DNA of 64,000 nt from Lepidodermella squamata (GCA_047495785.1 JBLDXI010000024.1:1364001-1428000), one strand, 5' to 3'; shown: positions 24,253 to 37,227, numbered from the stretch's first letter. Numbers and translations: made by a program. Notes: generated by a model from the sequence alone, not told the origin.

Positions 24253-26667
24253 ATGTCGCGAATAGGGTATATTTTCTTGACTTTGCTCGCATTCGCTACG
24301 CATGTAAAATGTCAGAATAAGAAATTCAACATATCGATGCTGCATGTGTTCCCAATTAGACATCCAGGATGCCTACCAGCTGTGAATATCGCGATCGACC
24401 ACGCTAACAACCGTACTGACGTTCTGTCGGACTATAACATCGTACCGGATTATCGCGATGAAGAAGGTTTCGCGATAGGCTACGCACCAGTACGTGAGCT
24501 CGTGAGATACGGCCGAGCGTGGGAAAACAGACCAGATGACGGTCTCATTCGCGCGCCGATATTCATCGGACCATTTTTCTCCATTGGTTGCAAACCCTAC
24601 GGGAAGCCGCTGAAATATTTCAACATGGTAGGACTTGCCATTGCATGCTCTGCTCCCCTTCTTGCTGATCACGTGACCTATCCGAATCTCTACAGTGTTC
24701 AGTCAAATGGAGAGCTTAGCGCAATATCCTTAGTTCATTTTTTCAAAGACATCGGAAAGTGGTCGACTGTAGGGATTATAACGCTGGCAAGCTCTCCAAA
24801 CGACTATATATCCGCAACATTCGTCAACAGATACGCCTTGGAAAGTGGCATTCGGGTTCCAACTTTTAACATCGTCTTGGACATAACTGATGATGTGGTC
24901 ACTGAGCTTCTGTTTCATGACGTTCGAGTCATTATTGTCTACATCACCAACGAGCCTCTGTTGTGGCGTTTTCTCTGCAAAGCTCATAACGCTGGAATCA
25001 CCGGTCGGCGATACATCTTTTTCATGCCAAACTCACTTGCCGCCGAACCAAACAACATCAAGCCAGAAAATTTACTGGACAGTTGGTGCACAAGAGAAAT
25101 CATACGAACTCAGCTCAAGTACTCAATGTTTGTTGGTCCGATAACTCAGGTCATGGATGATAGCAGAGTCAGCGAGTTGGGTTACGACACCACATATGTC
25201 GAGGAGAAATTGTTCGAGATTTTGAAGGTACCTCGATCTGCAACTCTAGGGTCGTTGAAATATGTCTGCCATGATGCCACAATTATGGGGATATACGCCA
25301 TGCATGACGCTGAAAATCGACTGAAGCGAGAATACAACATGTCCTTGCGAGATATGAACACAAACCCTGAATTTGTAATGAAAGTTGTGAATCAATCTGT
25401 ACTGAATGTCAACATATCTGGACTGAGGGGTCAGCTTCGTTTCAGCAAGAGAGGCTACTCTGAGAATGATTTGATCCTCTATTCATACTATGATCCTAAA
25501 GGATATCGAAATAAGTTCTCTTCGGTTGAGGTAGATACCAGCCGAAATTCCATGTTCTATGGCCGCTATAAAGTCTCCCCTCTCGAGCCGATGGATTGGG
25601 CTGCTTGGGGAAACGGTGGGAACCCACCAAGGGACGTTGCGTTTTCAGTGTCTCTGACGCGAGAGGTGACTCCTGAAGTTGCAACAGCCGTTGCAACTAT
25701 TGCTGCCATCTTGACCTTGTTTCAGCTCGGAATTATTTTTGTGACCATCAAGAATAGCGGGAAACCAGAACTTGGCACATCTCCGTTGATCAAAATAGCC
25801 GGTCATGCTGGATGCATTGTGTTGAATGGGGCTGCAGTGACGTTCTCAATGAAAACCAGCGTTGACAGTTTCGCTATTTCGATAACTCGACTTGTCTTAT
25901 TTGTCCTATCGATGTCGGTCGTTGTAGGCGTGCTTTCATTCCGAGCTTTGTTTCTGGCGAGGAAACTGCCACCTCCACCAAAACGTGTAAAAGTTCGGCG
26001 GAACGGCAAAGTTGTACATGTGTTGGCCGTTGAGGGCTATGATTCATCCGCTGGACAAGTCAGCCCAAATACGACGAGGTATAGAACCAAATCGGACGCA
26101 AAGACAAACCGCACAATAATGTCGGTTTACCCGAGTAACCACGGTAATGCGAAAGATCCAGCGGTCGAGTTTGAAGCCAGGATACAAAAGCGAACATTCC
26201 TAGCCACTTTAGGCTTTATTTATAGTAGCATGTTGCTTCTGATCATTTGGCTCTTCTCAGATTCGTTCGCCTGTAAATGGATTGTCGCTTCACAAAGTTA
26301 TGACCTGTTTACAGACACTTATTTCGAAATATCGGAAGTTGTTTGCTCTTCGCCACACGCTATTGCTTGGATGGCAAGCATCGTTGCTTTGCACGTGGTG
26401 TTGTTGGCGTTCTGTTCTTATCAAGGCTATCGTGTGAAACAGGGCATGAAACTAATTGTTAACCGTTGCTGCCGGGAGATCGGAGGAATCGTCATTGGGC
26501 CGCTGAATGCTTTATCATTGTTACTTTGCTCGGTATTGGTCATTTTTACGCTGCGAAGCCAATCTAGTCAGCATTCAGCCACGGCAATCACGTCACTCTT
26601 GCTATCACTCACTGCTACCTTAGCCCTCAGCTATTTCACGCTCAAGGGAATGATCGTTATGACATGA
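24253..26667 (+). CDS. Class C GPCR, GABA-B-type, intronless
   Basis: 804 aa; signal peptide, ANF-receptor/VFT motifs (AIDHANNRTDVL, PIFIGPFFS, LADHVTYPNLY), PPRD linker, 7TM. Confidence 0.88.
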   Translation: MSRIGYIFLTLLAFATHVKCQNKKFNISMLHVFPIRHPGCLPAVNIAIDHANNRTDVLSDYNIVPDYRDEEGFAIGYAPVRELVRYGRAWENRPDDGLIRAPIFIGPFFSIGCKPYGKPLKYFNMVGLAIACSAPLLADHVTYPNLYSVQSNGELSAISLVHFFKDIGKWSTVGIITLASSPNDYISATFVNRYALESGIRVPTFNIVLDITDDVVTELLFHDVRVIIVYITNEPLLWRFLCKAHNAGITGRRYIFFMPNSLAAEPNNIKPENLLDSWCTREIIRTQLKYSMFVGPITQVMDDSRVSELGYDTTYVEEKLFEILKVPRSATLGSLKYVCHDATIMGIYAMHDAENRLKREYNMSLRDMNTNPEFVMKVVNQSVLNVNISGLRGQLRFSKRGYSENDLILYSYYDPKGYRNKFSSVEVDTSRNSMFYGRYKVSPLEPMDWAAWGNGGNPPRDVAFSVSLTREVTPEVATAVATIAAILTLFQLGIIFVTIKNSGKPELGTSPLIKIAGHAGCIVLNGAAVTFSMKTSVDSFAISITRLVLFVLSMSVVVGVLSFRALFLARKLPPPPKRVKVRRNGKVVHVLAVEGYDSSAGQVSPNTTRYRTKSDAKTNRTIMSVYPSNHGNAKDPAVEFEARIQKRTFLATLGFIYSSMLLLIIWLFSDSFACKWIVASQSYDLFTDTYFEISEVVCSSPHAIAWMASIVALHVVLLAFCSYQGYRVKQGMKLIVNRCCREIGGIVIGPLNALSLLLCSVLVIFTLRSQSSQHSATAITSLLLSLTATLALSYFTLKGMIVMT

Positions 26668-28596
26668 GCGTACCAGTAGTAAGAGTTCAACAAAATATCT
26701 ACCATTTGCCGTAGGTAATGTTTTCTTTGAGTGAAAAGTTCGTTGTGCTATTTAAAAAGTGTTAGATCGATAAGCGTCTGAGATAATTTCTATGTTATTT
26801 CAGTTCATTATTTTACTAATGTAATGTGAAATGTCCCCTTCATTTGATAATAAAGTATGCGGTTATATTTTTCCTACTCGAGTGTTTTAAATTGCTCCGT
26901 ACTCGTGATGAATTCCATGGTGGGATTCACAAGCCGCTATGAGGTGCTCAAATAAGGGACTCAAACTGACATCGAAGTAACTCTAGCATGTTTACTGTAC
27001 AAACACAATCGGAAACAGTTGCGCTGCGGCTTGGTTCGCGGATCGAATAGGATAACGAAGTGGCTCTCCATATTGTTCGTGATTTGGTAAAACAGTCTAA
27101 GTTTTAGATGCTGCGGTACTATACTGCGATAAAAACGTCCGTCGGTACTATAGATTCCCATTTGTCGTCGCCTTATGAGCTAGAATACGCCAACGATGTA
27201 GTTATAATTTTGTTGAACTGATAAAATGTAAAATGAGATTGTATAGAGAATCATATGGATTCATTTACGTCTACTTTACGTCTACACTGCTTTACATCTA
27301 TCTTAAATACACCAATCCATCCAAGATTATTTCAAAAATGAGAATTTCTAATAAAAGTAGTGGACATCATTTTTGTCATCAACTCTTTCTCTCGAACCCC
27401 ATTCTAACTATAAATTAGAAGAAAGTTTAACCAGACTGGCAAAAATCGCATAATAAAATTCCTCATGGCCATGAAGTTGATGAAAAATGCGATGCAAAAA
27501 AGTAATACGCATATTTCATTGATGACATGCAAACCATGCATCTTATTCACACACATTTTTCGATGAAATTTAGATTTTTTTAATCCTCATCGCATTTCAC
27601 GTCTCATCAATCAGCTGAATTCAGCATTTGGGCTCAAATATACTACAAATTTCCTTGATCCCGATAACCGATAACTTGCCCTCCACTCGCATGCACGCGC
27701 ACTCAAGTGCACTCTCAAATTCGGCGACATAACAAAAGAAACTTCTGGCGCCCTCCTGCGCGCGCTCGTCCGAAGTGCTACGCAATCGCTTCGGACGACG
27801 AAAACTACGAAAGACGACTCGCAAATATCGGAGCACTCCGATTGTGAAAGCACCATTATAATCGCTCAGCTAAACCATAAACAAGCTGCTATGGGACATC
27901 CTCGTCTACCCGCCCTTTCGAATCTAACGGATACAGCAATCCATTATCTCTGATACTTGAGCTTTCAACTTAAAGTTCGCGTTTAAAATTACATCACAAA
28001 AGGTCTGGTTTTGAGTTCTCACACCAACATCCGGCAGTATCTTGATGATATGGACAAAAACTGCTTGTGCAGTAAATAGACAAATTTTCGATTTTTCGTG
28101 ACTTTCCCACAATTCGAGAGTGGAAACATCGCGACCAACAGTGTGCCGGAAATTGAAGCGGAAGCAAATCTGATGCGCAAAACCAACTGGCGTTCAGCTT
28201 TTTATTAGCGATCCGGCAAGGGGCTGACTTGGCTTCGATCGCAAATTTGGCGCAGGTGACTTGGCGCGTTACATTCGGTTTTAAAAACCCACAAGGATCA
28301 AAAGAGCCATTATAGTATGGCAAGTCCACTGATGTTCACGATTTTCTCAACGGTCAGAGTCCTCACTATGAAGTACAGCATATACAGAACATGAATGCTC
28401 ACTCAAAAAATCTATCCATCCTAATACTAATCGGCGACTAGAATATTAACAAGTGATTATTCCATTTTTCGAATCGTTAATAGGAATCCATGCTACATTG
28501 CGTGGCCAGTTAACTTTTTTTATTAAGGTATCCGATGAGTCTCTTGGCCATCAGACCAACCATACTTATTAAGTGGTTATTTGTAGCTAATAAACG

Positions 28597-28968
28597 CCGA
28601 TAAGCGCGACTTTGCCCCATTCATAAACGGCCTAACCGATAATTCTTGAATAAGCTCATGCTAGTGTGTTCATCACCAATGATGAAAAAAAATAAAATTG
28701 GAAATCTGAGCTCAAAAAGTTGGGGCAGCAAAGAGTCGAACCCGAGATGCTCGCAAACATGTTGTCCGGTTCAGGTTTGCTAGCAGAGACAATAAACAGA
28801 GGATGTTGAAATTGATTTGCAGTAGGACGTAGGTGGCTGCATGCTTGCCTCCTGAAAAACAGTTATGACGATATCCTGTTGATCCGCAAAACTAGCCGCT
28901 TTAGTGCAACGGCCTTTTTACAGCATTTTTACATGTTTGACCTGCCCTCAACATAAATAATCGAAAAC
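28597..28968 (+). promoter_or_regulatory. Duplicated upstream region shared with about 23822-24252
   Basis: Collinear conserved blocks upstream of both GPCR ATGs: gccgataagcgcg, cagaggatgttgaaattgatttgc, gttatgacg, gttgatccg, tttgacctgccctca, tcgaaaacATG. Confidence 0.6.
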
Positions 28969-31389
28969 ATGTCTCGTATAGTTTACGTTCTCTTGGTTCT
29001 GCTCGCAGGTTCAACTCATGTGAGTAGTCAGAAAAAAAAATTCAACATATCGATGCTTCAGGTGTTCCCCGTTGCGCATAAACCGTGCGCGCCAGCTGTG
29101 AAAATCGCGATAGATCATGCCAACAATCGAGCTGACGTTCTGCCTGACTACAACATCGTACCGGACTATCGCGATGAAGAAGGATTCACGCAAGGCTACG
29201 CACCAGTACGTGAGCTCGTTAGATACGGCCGAATGTGGGAAAACAGACCAGATGACGGGCTAATTCGTTCGCCGATATTCCTCGGACCGTTCTTCTCCAT
29301 TGGTTGCAAACCCTACGGGAAGCCGCTGAAATATTTCAACATGGTAGGACTTGCCATTGCATGCTCTGCTCCCTTTCTTGCTGATCACGTGACCTATCCG
29401 AATCTCTACAGTGTTCAGTCAAATGGAGAGCTTAGCGCAATATCCTTAGTTCATTTTTTCAAAGACATCGGAAAGTGGTCGACTGTAGGGATTATAACGC
29501 TGGCAAGCTCTCCAAACGATTTCATGGCTGCCTCTTACGTAAATCAATACGCGTTGGAAAGTGGTATTAAGGTTCCAACTTTCAACATTGTCTTGGACGT
29601 TACTGACGATGTGATCAATGAGCTTCTGTTTCATGACGTTCGAGCCATTGTTGTCTATATAACTATCGAACCTGTTTTGTGGCGATTCCTATGCATGGCT
29701 TACAATTCCGGAATTACTGGTGCGAGATACATCTTTTTCATGCCAAACTCACTTGCTGCGGAACCAAACAACATTAATCCCGCAAATTTACTTGACAGTT
29801 GGTGCACAAGAGAAATCATACGAACTCAGCTCAAGTACTCAATGTTTGTGGGTCCGATAACTCAGGTCATGGATGATAGCAGAGTCAGCGAGTTGGGTTA
29901 CAACACCACATATTTCGAGGAGAAAATGACTGGAATCCTTAAGGTAACTGCAACTCCAGGGTCGTTGAAATATGTCTGCCAGGATGCTGCTATGATGGGA
30001 ATATACGCCATGCACGATGCCGATGATCGATTGAAACGAGAATTCAACATGTCCTTGCGAGATATGAACACAAACCCTGAATTTGTAATGAAAGTTGTGA
30101 ATCAATCTGTACTGAATGTCAACATCTCTGGCCTGAGAGGTCAGCTTCGTTTCAGCAAGCGAGGATACGCCGAGAATGATTTGATCCTCTATTCATACTA
30201 TGATCCTAAAGGATATCGAAACAAGTTCTCTTCTGTTGAGGTGGATACCAGCCGAAATTCCATGTTCTATGGCCGCTATAAAGTCTCCCCTCTCGAGCCG
30301 ATGGATTGGGCTGCTTGGGAAAACGGTGGGAACCCACCAAGGGACGTTGCGTTTTCAGTTTCGCTGACGCGAGAGGTGACTCCTGAAGTTGCAACGGCTG
30401 TCATTACTATTGCTGTCATCTTGACATTGTTTCAGCTCGGAGTAATTTTTGTAACTATCAAGATAAGTGGCAAACCAGAACTCGGAACATCTCCTTCTAT
30501 CAAAATAGGTTGCTATGCTGGATGCATCGTGTTGAATGGGGCTGCAGTAGCGTTTTCGCTGAAGACCAGCGTTGACAGTTTCGCCATATCGATTACTCGA
30601 CTTGTCTTGCTTGTGTTTTCGATGTCAATTGTTGATGGCGTGGTTTCATTCCGAGCTTTGTTTCTGGCGAGGAAACTGCCTCCTCCACCGAAACGTGTAA
30701 AGGTTATGCAGAACGGCAAACTTGTACACGTATTTGCCCTTGAGTGCTCTGATAAATCCGGTGAACCAGCTGGCCCATACAAAACGCGGGATAGATCGAA
30801 ATCGGATGCAACGCCACGTCGCACGACAATGTCGGTTTCCTCGATCAACCGTGATTCTGTGAAAGATCCAGCGGTCGAGTTTGAAGCCAGGATCCAAAAA
30901 CGAACATTTCTGGGCACTTTAGCCTTTATTTACGTTAGCATGTTGCTCCTGATCATTTGGCTCCTCTCTGATTCGTTCGCCTGTAAATTAATAGTCGCGG
31001 CGCCAATTTATGACCCGTTTACAGACACTTATTTCGAAATATCGGAAGTTGTTTGCTCTTCGCCACACGCTATTGCTTGGATGGCAAGCATCGCTGCTTT
31101 GCACGTGGTGTTGTTGGCGTTCTGTTCTTATCAAGGCTATCGTGTGAAACAGGGCATGAAACTAATTGTTAACCGTTGCTGCCGGGAGATCGGAGGAATC
31201 GTCATTGGGCCGCTGAATGCTTTATCATTGTTACTTTGCTCGGTATTGGTCATTTTTACGCTGCGAAGCCAATCTAGTCAGCACTCGGCAATTAGTTTCG
31301 CCTGTCTCTTGCTATCTCTCTCTACCAGCCTAGCCCTAAGCTATTTCACGCTTAAGGGAATGATTGTTAAAACTCGATCGCTTGTTTAA
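28969..31389 (+). CDS. Class C GPCR, GABA-B-type, intronless; recent tandem paralog of 24253-26667
   Basis: 806 aa; collinear with the preceding gene and sharing long identical nucleotide tracts with it. Confidence 0.88.
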   Translation: MSRIVYVLLVLLAGSTHVSSQKKKFNISMLQVFPVAHKPCAPAVKIAIDHANNRADVLPDYNIVPDYRDEEGFTQGYAPVRELVRYGRMWENRPDDGLIRSPIFLGPFFSIGCKPYGKPLKYFNMVGLAIACSAPFLADHVTYPNLYSVQSNGELSAISLVHFFKDIGKWSTVGIITLASSPNDFMAASYVNQYALESGIKVPTFNIVLDVTDDVINELLFHDVRAIVVYITIEPVLWRFLCMAYNSGITGARYIFFMPNSLAAEPNNINPANLLDSWCTREIIRTQLKYSMFVGPITQVMDDSRVSELGYNTTYFEEKMTGILKVTATPGSLKYVCQDAAMMGIYAMHDADDRLKREFNMSLRDMNTNPEFVMKVVNQSVLNVNISGLRGQLRFSKRGYAENDLILYSYYDPKGYRNKFSSVEVDTSRNSMFYGRYKVSPLEPMDWAAWENGGNPPRDVAFSVSLTREVTPEVATAVITIAVILTLFQLGVIFVTIKISGKPELGTSPSIKIGCYAGCIVLNGAAVAFSLKTSVDSFAISITRLVLLVFSMSIVDGVVSFRALFLARKLPPPPKRVKVMQNGKLVHVFALECSDKSGEPAGPYKTRDRSKSDATPRRTTMSVSSINRDSVKDPAVEFEARIQKRTFLGTLAFIYVSMLLLIIWLLSDSFACKLIVAAPIYDPFTDTYFEISEVVCSSPHAIAWMASIAALHVVLLAFCSYQGYRVKQGMKLIVNRCCREIGGIVIGPLNALSLLLCSVLVIFTLRSQSSQHSAISFACLLLSLSTSLALSYFTLKGMIVKTRSLV

Positions 31390-31912
31390 TTAGTACCTAT
31401 GGTAAGAATTGAAAAAGAATATTAGCCATTAGCTATGCCTAATGCTTTCTCCGCGTGACCTCACGATAAATAAATTGTTACCAATAAAATATGAAGCAAA
31501 TCTTGTTTTCTTAATTACCATGGGCTTATGAAAAATTGTAATGACGTGATCTTGCTTATTCGGAAAACTATCGGCAAAGTGACTGCTTTAATGCAACAGC
31601 AGATTTCGAAATTCCTTTTCCAGGTATTCTCGCATTCCGAAGATCGGCTCTTAATCTTTCTGACTTGTATGTGAAAAACAGCATAGACTTGAATCATGTA
31701 GCCTCAGGCTTTTGACTAATTCAAACAAGTGCATGAATGTAAACCCCTCAGAAACAAATAACTGCATCCAAGTTATATTCAACTTTCAATACGATAAATA
31801 CGATATCTAAAGCGCTATATAGTATTCACTCATCATACGGTGAATCGGCTTCATTCATATCACCGCGCCCACCTTATTTTCTCAGAGTTTGAAACCGTCA
31901 TTTTCCGCTCTA

Positions 31913-32980
31913 ATGCCACGACTGCGGCATTATGTCTCTACCCTAGCAATACTGTTAACAATTCTAGCTTTGTTGATATTTTTGAAACCTGGCCCTGATG
32001 CCACAAAGAATTTGACCGCTCATGGTGAAAAGCCAAACCCAGACGTGATCGGCACCTTTGCCCATCGAAAAGTTCACCTAATTCGAGGATGCAAGCGTCA
32101 TTTCGGGATGGCACCCGGGATGCGGCGAGTTTCATCTGAGTTCATATCAAAATCATCCTATGACCTTCTATTCGTCAATCAAAAATTGAAAATATTGTTC
32201 TGCGGCATACCGAAAGTCGCATCGACGAGTTGGAGAAAATTGATCCTAATCGCTTCAAATCCTGGAATTAACTCGAATAACGCTAGTGCTTTCAATGATT
32301 TGGATCTTCACCTGGCTAGGCCTGAGCTGAAACCGCTCAACAATCTTAAAAACGACGAGCTGGAAGATGTCATGCAAAACTATACGAAAATTATGTTTGT
32401 GAGAAATCCGATGATGAGATTGCTCTCTGCTTGGGTCAGCAAGTTGACAAAGCCGAACTCCGTCTATCCAAAGGTATAAAAGAAAATTAGTCTTTAATTG
32501 CGTCATTAATTGTCTGAAACAGCTATTCGGCTCCGATATTATCCGGGAATTTCGAAAAAATGCTACGAAAGAAGAAATCGAGCGGGGCCAACCTGTGAGG
32601 TTGGAGGAATTTTTCAAATTTTTGCTCAAGCGCGGCTCAAGCGATACTCACTGGTTAATTTTCCGATATTTTATCGATATTTTTTAATATTTTTTTATGA
32701 TAGGTCACGTCAATATGAAATGTGTAGTGCTTGCGTTATCGGTTACGATTTTATTGGAAAATTTGAGACGCTGGACGCAGACTCGCGGTTTATTATCGAA
32801 AATGTCTTTCAAGTCGAACAACTGAAATTTCCAGAACCAGGCGAATCTGGCTCGAAACTTTCTGCCGCGGAATACTTGACTCGTCTTCGAGAGGTTCCAG
32901 CAAACTTGACGCGAAAAATCATTCATAACAACGCTATTGATTTTGAGCTTTTCGATTACGACAACAAAGAGTTTTTATAG
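31913..32980 (+). CDS. Carbohydrate sulfotransferase (Sulfotransfer_2), 3 exons (introns 32474-32522, 32654-32703)
   Basis: TM anchor; CGIPKVASTSWR; VRNPMMRLLSAW; spliced exon 2 LFGSDIIREFRKNATKEEIE...DTHW; exon 3 CSAC..YDFIGKFETL. Confidence 0.9.
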
Positions 32981-33217
32981 GAAAATAAAGCATAAATGTA
33001 TCGATTCCGGAATTTTCTTGAATTTCCGGTTTGGTCCTTACTGGTTAATTGAATGTTTTAGATTGATTATTTTTACAGCCAAAAAATTCTCATACATTAA
33101 CTTTTTAATGATTGAATTACGTGTAATGCAATTCCGGCTGACTATATCCGAGTATTTCGTACCCATTCGATCGTGTTCCCACCCTCATTGTATCACGAGT
33201 CAATGCATGTAATTAAT

Positions 33218-33646
33218 ATGGCTGAATCAACCAGCAATTTTACATCAGACCCTCCCAACGTAAATCGCAAGTTGAGCCTTCGTGTTTTCACCCGGGAGGA
33301 ACACGAAGCGTGGATGGAACAAGAAGCACAGCGCGAGCAAAAGGCCTCAAAGACAGCCCGGTTAACTCTACCAACTCTTAATGTAAATTTTTCATTTTCT
33401 ATAAAAAATTAACCTAAAAATTTGACTTTTTCTTATTTTCAGTTTGCAGATCCTAATAACAAAAGCCCGAATTTCGGGCGAAAATCTCTCGGCAAAACAA
33501 GTAGCAACAGCAACTTGTCGGACGGCGGTGACATATCACCGGGCTTTTCACCTTCGCTACAGGACCAGCGGCGTCACACTGTGATGTGGAAGTGGTCAGA
33601 CGCGGCTCGATCTCCCGCCGATTCTCTCACACCTGCTAAGAAATGA
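33218..33646 (+). CDS. Small Ser-rich orphan protein, 2 exons (intron 33383-33442)
   Basis: A 60-nt phase-0 GT-AG intron joins ORFs 33173-33412 and 33422-33646 in frame. Confidence 0.55.
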
Positions 33647-33753
33647 GCCGCGCTATATGGCACAGAAATAATTTAATATCTATTTTTTTTGTTGAACAAA
33701 ATTCTCAAATGTTATGTATCAAATAAAATTCAGCTTTCAGCATCCAGCTTAAT

Positions 33754-34813
33754 ATGGGCTTCTCTAATTCGAAGTTGTTGTTCGGCTTTGAAAAGCAGCG
33801 TTTGAAATTACTCCACGCTGAAATGCGGCTATTACGTCGGTTGATAAACGAAAGGGGGACGGCTATTGCGATATTTCGAGACGAAGTCGCTTGGCTACTA
33901 GCTGGACTTGAGCAACACCTGCCGTGTTACATGGAAAATCTCTACGATGAAAACGAGGAGGCGATTTGCGTCAAAGCGGCGTGGTCGCTCGATCAAAGGC
34001 TAACGGATTCAAGCGCGGCATTTTCGAGCAAATCGCACGCTAAGCAGCTGGAAAAATTGCGGAAGTTGAATAAGGATTTCGTGGAGACAATTAACAAGTC
34101 TTTCAGATACTGTTACAGGTTAGTTACGTCGCTCAGATAGTTTCATAAATAGCATTATTAGGTTTACAGCATGTCGCAAACTATTTTGTAATTTGGCAAC
34201 TTTTTGTAAGAAATGTAACCAAATTTGTTCAAATTAAGCCTACCGGGAGAACATTCCATCTTCTATCCGCGATGCAACCGAAGAAATTAAAAATTTACCG
34301 GAGAAAACCCGGAAAACCAGGATGGTAACTGGTTCGGTAATTTTCGATTTTCGGTATTTACCCGGTTGGACCAAATTTCTCCGGACTTTTTATTCTCATT
34401 AACAAGTGACGTACGTGATTAATATTCTTGCGATTTTTTGAATTTTTCCGGGCATTAGATTTGAATTTGCCTCTCATTTTAGAGTTTCTAAACCCTTTTC
34501 CTGTATATTCGAACAAAAATACCCAATGAAAAAATTGTGCTATAAAACTTGTAGATTTAATATTTTAATTAATCAATTTTAAATTTAAATTTAAATTCTT
34601 TTAAAATTTAAATATGAAAAATAAAAATTTATTATTGAAACTTTTTTCAATTACAGCCAAGAAATTAATGTTGCTGCATCGAAGCTGCTCTGCCAGGTGA
34701 AGCGCATCTTGAGGATATTCCATGGCATCGAAAATTTCTACTACTACGACATCGAACGGTTAGCATACTTGATCGAATTTCGACTGATAAATGAAGGCAT
34801 TATTTTAATGTGA
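33754..34813 (+). CDS. Orphan helical protein with N-myristoylation motif, 2 exons (intron 34119-34656)
   Basis: MGFSNS start; phase-2 intron; exon 2 SQEINVAASKLLCQVKRILRIFHGIENFYYYDIERL...; similar to the next gene. Confidence 0.65.
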
Positions 34814-35234
34814 TAATATTAATAAAATCGAGAGTTCAAGTTTTTTTATCAATTTTCATCGCCATTTCGCTATTGATCATTTTTACAGCGATCATTTAGC
34901 GTAAACAAGCGTTAGTGAGCTCGTCAATAACTCGGGCGCAGTACCACATCGTATCGATAAAAAGACGGCGAATAACAACCGAATTAAACGCCTTGTATTT
35001 TTCCCCCGATTTCGCGCGCTTGAAAATTAGGTTTACGCGGCCGTGGCGCATCATATCACAAGAGGACGAAGGCCCAGACGGCCGCTCGGTTTCTTACCAC
35101 ATCAGTTTACCCAACGCCTTTACTCCACCCGAAAATAAGCTAATAAATAAACTAAATATTCAATTATTATAACCAGTATAGTGATACAACAAATTTCTAT
35201 CGCAAACATATTTCTTTATATGCGATTGTGAAAA

Positions 35235-37227
35235 ATGGGCTGTTGCTTTTCGCGGTCTAAGCACGACAAACAGCTCGAGATGGAACGGGCGCGGATAGCT
35301 GTGCAACACGAGCAGTTGATGTTCCTGCAGGGCCTGATCGAGGATAGGGGCGAGTCGTTGAGCCGCATCAGGCAGCACCTCGGCGCGCCGTTATCGCGGC
35401 TCGACATTCATCTGCCGACGTTTTTGTCGAATTTAAACGACGACCGCGAACAACTCGAGTGTCTATCTGCTGCGTCCGAGTTGTGCCACCGAATTGTTGA
35501 CCTCAATGCGAATGAATTGCTCACCTGGCGACGCGGCGAGTTCGGCCGGATCAGCAGGCTGGCGAACAAATTTGTATGCTCCATCAAAGACTGCCATCAT
35601 CAAACTTGCAAGTAAGCAAAAAAGTCATTTCGATTACTATAATAATATCCTGTTATGCGCCTATAGATGTGATTCAAATTATTTGGATCGCCAATTTTTG
35701 TTATAAAATTTTCGTCTAAAGCTATAGGCATATCCATATTAGAGAGGATTGGCCGAGATGTATGGCTGCAATCACTCTCAACTGAATACTTTGATATTAC
35801 TGTATTTGTTCCCATATTCAGTCGCTAATTTTCGCCTAATAGCCCCGACCCAAGGGTAGAATTGTCCCGTCGGATGGAAAACATGAAAAATGAACGATTT
35901 ATCGATAATTAATTTTCGAATGTTTTTAAATTTCAAGGTTGAAATTTCCCCGGCTGTCTTAATAGTGGAGAAAATACGGTACTGCTGTTATTATTCCAAA
36001 ATAAAATTCAGACAATTTATATTGATTGAACATGATCTATAATTAAAATTTAAGCGACATTTTTGCGATCACCTCAAAATAATAATTATTATCGAATATT
36101 TGGGACGAAAACTGACCGTGCGCATGAGGATTAGGTAATACGTAATTTTGCGGGTCGGAATATTTATTAATGAAACTTCAGATTGTACTACGGACCCAGA
36201 ACCCTGAATTATGCGAAAAATAGATCGAATATTTTGATATTTATTCTATAAGAGGTGGTCTTTGATGCCCAATCAAAATTCGAAAGTTGATTGTGATGGC
36301 AGATATAAAGGTGGAATTTTTTTTCTACATTTTTGGTACATTTTCTGTGCGCCTTAACAGAGCCTTCTTTAGCCAAGTCGAAATTCAGGCAAAATTTAGT
36401 TGCCGTGCGCCGTAAGAGCATTTGAGAAACCGTCTTAGAATGTCAGACTATGGTCTGAATCATATTATTTTGATGTTCCACGAATATAATCTAAGCATAA
36501 TGCAGTCTAAAACTTGAAATCATCGCTTCTTCAAAGTTGACCTATTAAAGCTCAAAGGCACCTTTCCCTGCCACCCCATATTTAAAAAATCCATTAGGGT
36601 GACTACAACCCCTGGGTGTCCTAAAGGCGCTGGGAAGTTTTATAAATTCCAGGAAAACGGATAAAAACCAGTATCTCTTCGGCTTGGTAATGAGCTAGGA
36701 CCTAAGACCTAAAGCTGAAAGCTGAAATTCATGATTTTTTAAGGCTAACCGCAGCGGTCAAAATCGTTTCGTGGCTCAAAAAATACTTTCCTAATTTTCT
36801 GAGAAATATAACGAGTTGAAGGTTTGACTAAGACTTTGTTTATGAATTTTACAGCTTCACAACTGCTAATTTCGGCGTGCGGTTACATATAGCAACGCGG
36901 AATCTGATGGATTTGTTAGAAAAGGACGAAGTCGCTTACTACTCAGAGATCGAAGATCGGCTAAATATCCTCGGCCGAATGACTGACGGCAGCAGAACGC
37001 GCCTCGGTTCGGCCCGAAATTTAGTCTCAACCTCGCATCAGAACATCACGGGAAGCGGAACAATTTACCAGCAGCAGCAACAACAGCATCAACAACAAAT
37101 GCACAACTCGCGACACAGCGACAGTTCTCGAGCGTGTCACAGCCCTCAATTCGCACCGAATGTCATGCACCTGAGCAGTAGTACAGGAAATATATGCCCA
37201 AATACCAAGTCAATGATTACACTGTAG
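35235..37227 (+). CDS. Orphan helical protein with dual-acylation motif MGCCFS, 2 exons (intron 35612-36854)
   Basis: GTAAGC donor; phase-2 intron at the same position as in its paralog; exon 2 NFTTANFGVRLHIATRNL...AYYSEIEDRL plus a Gln-rich tail. Confidence 0.68.

Noticed and set aside
27994-28329. Cys-rich 111-aa minus-strand ORF
   Set aside because: GTG start, no recognisable domain and no convincing splice partner; cannot be supported.
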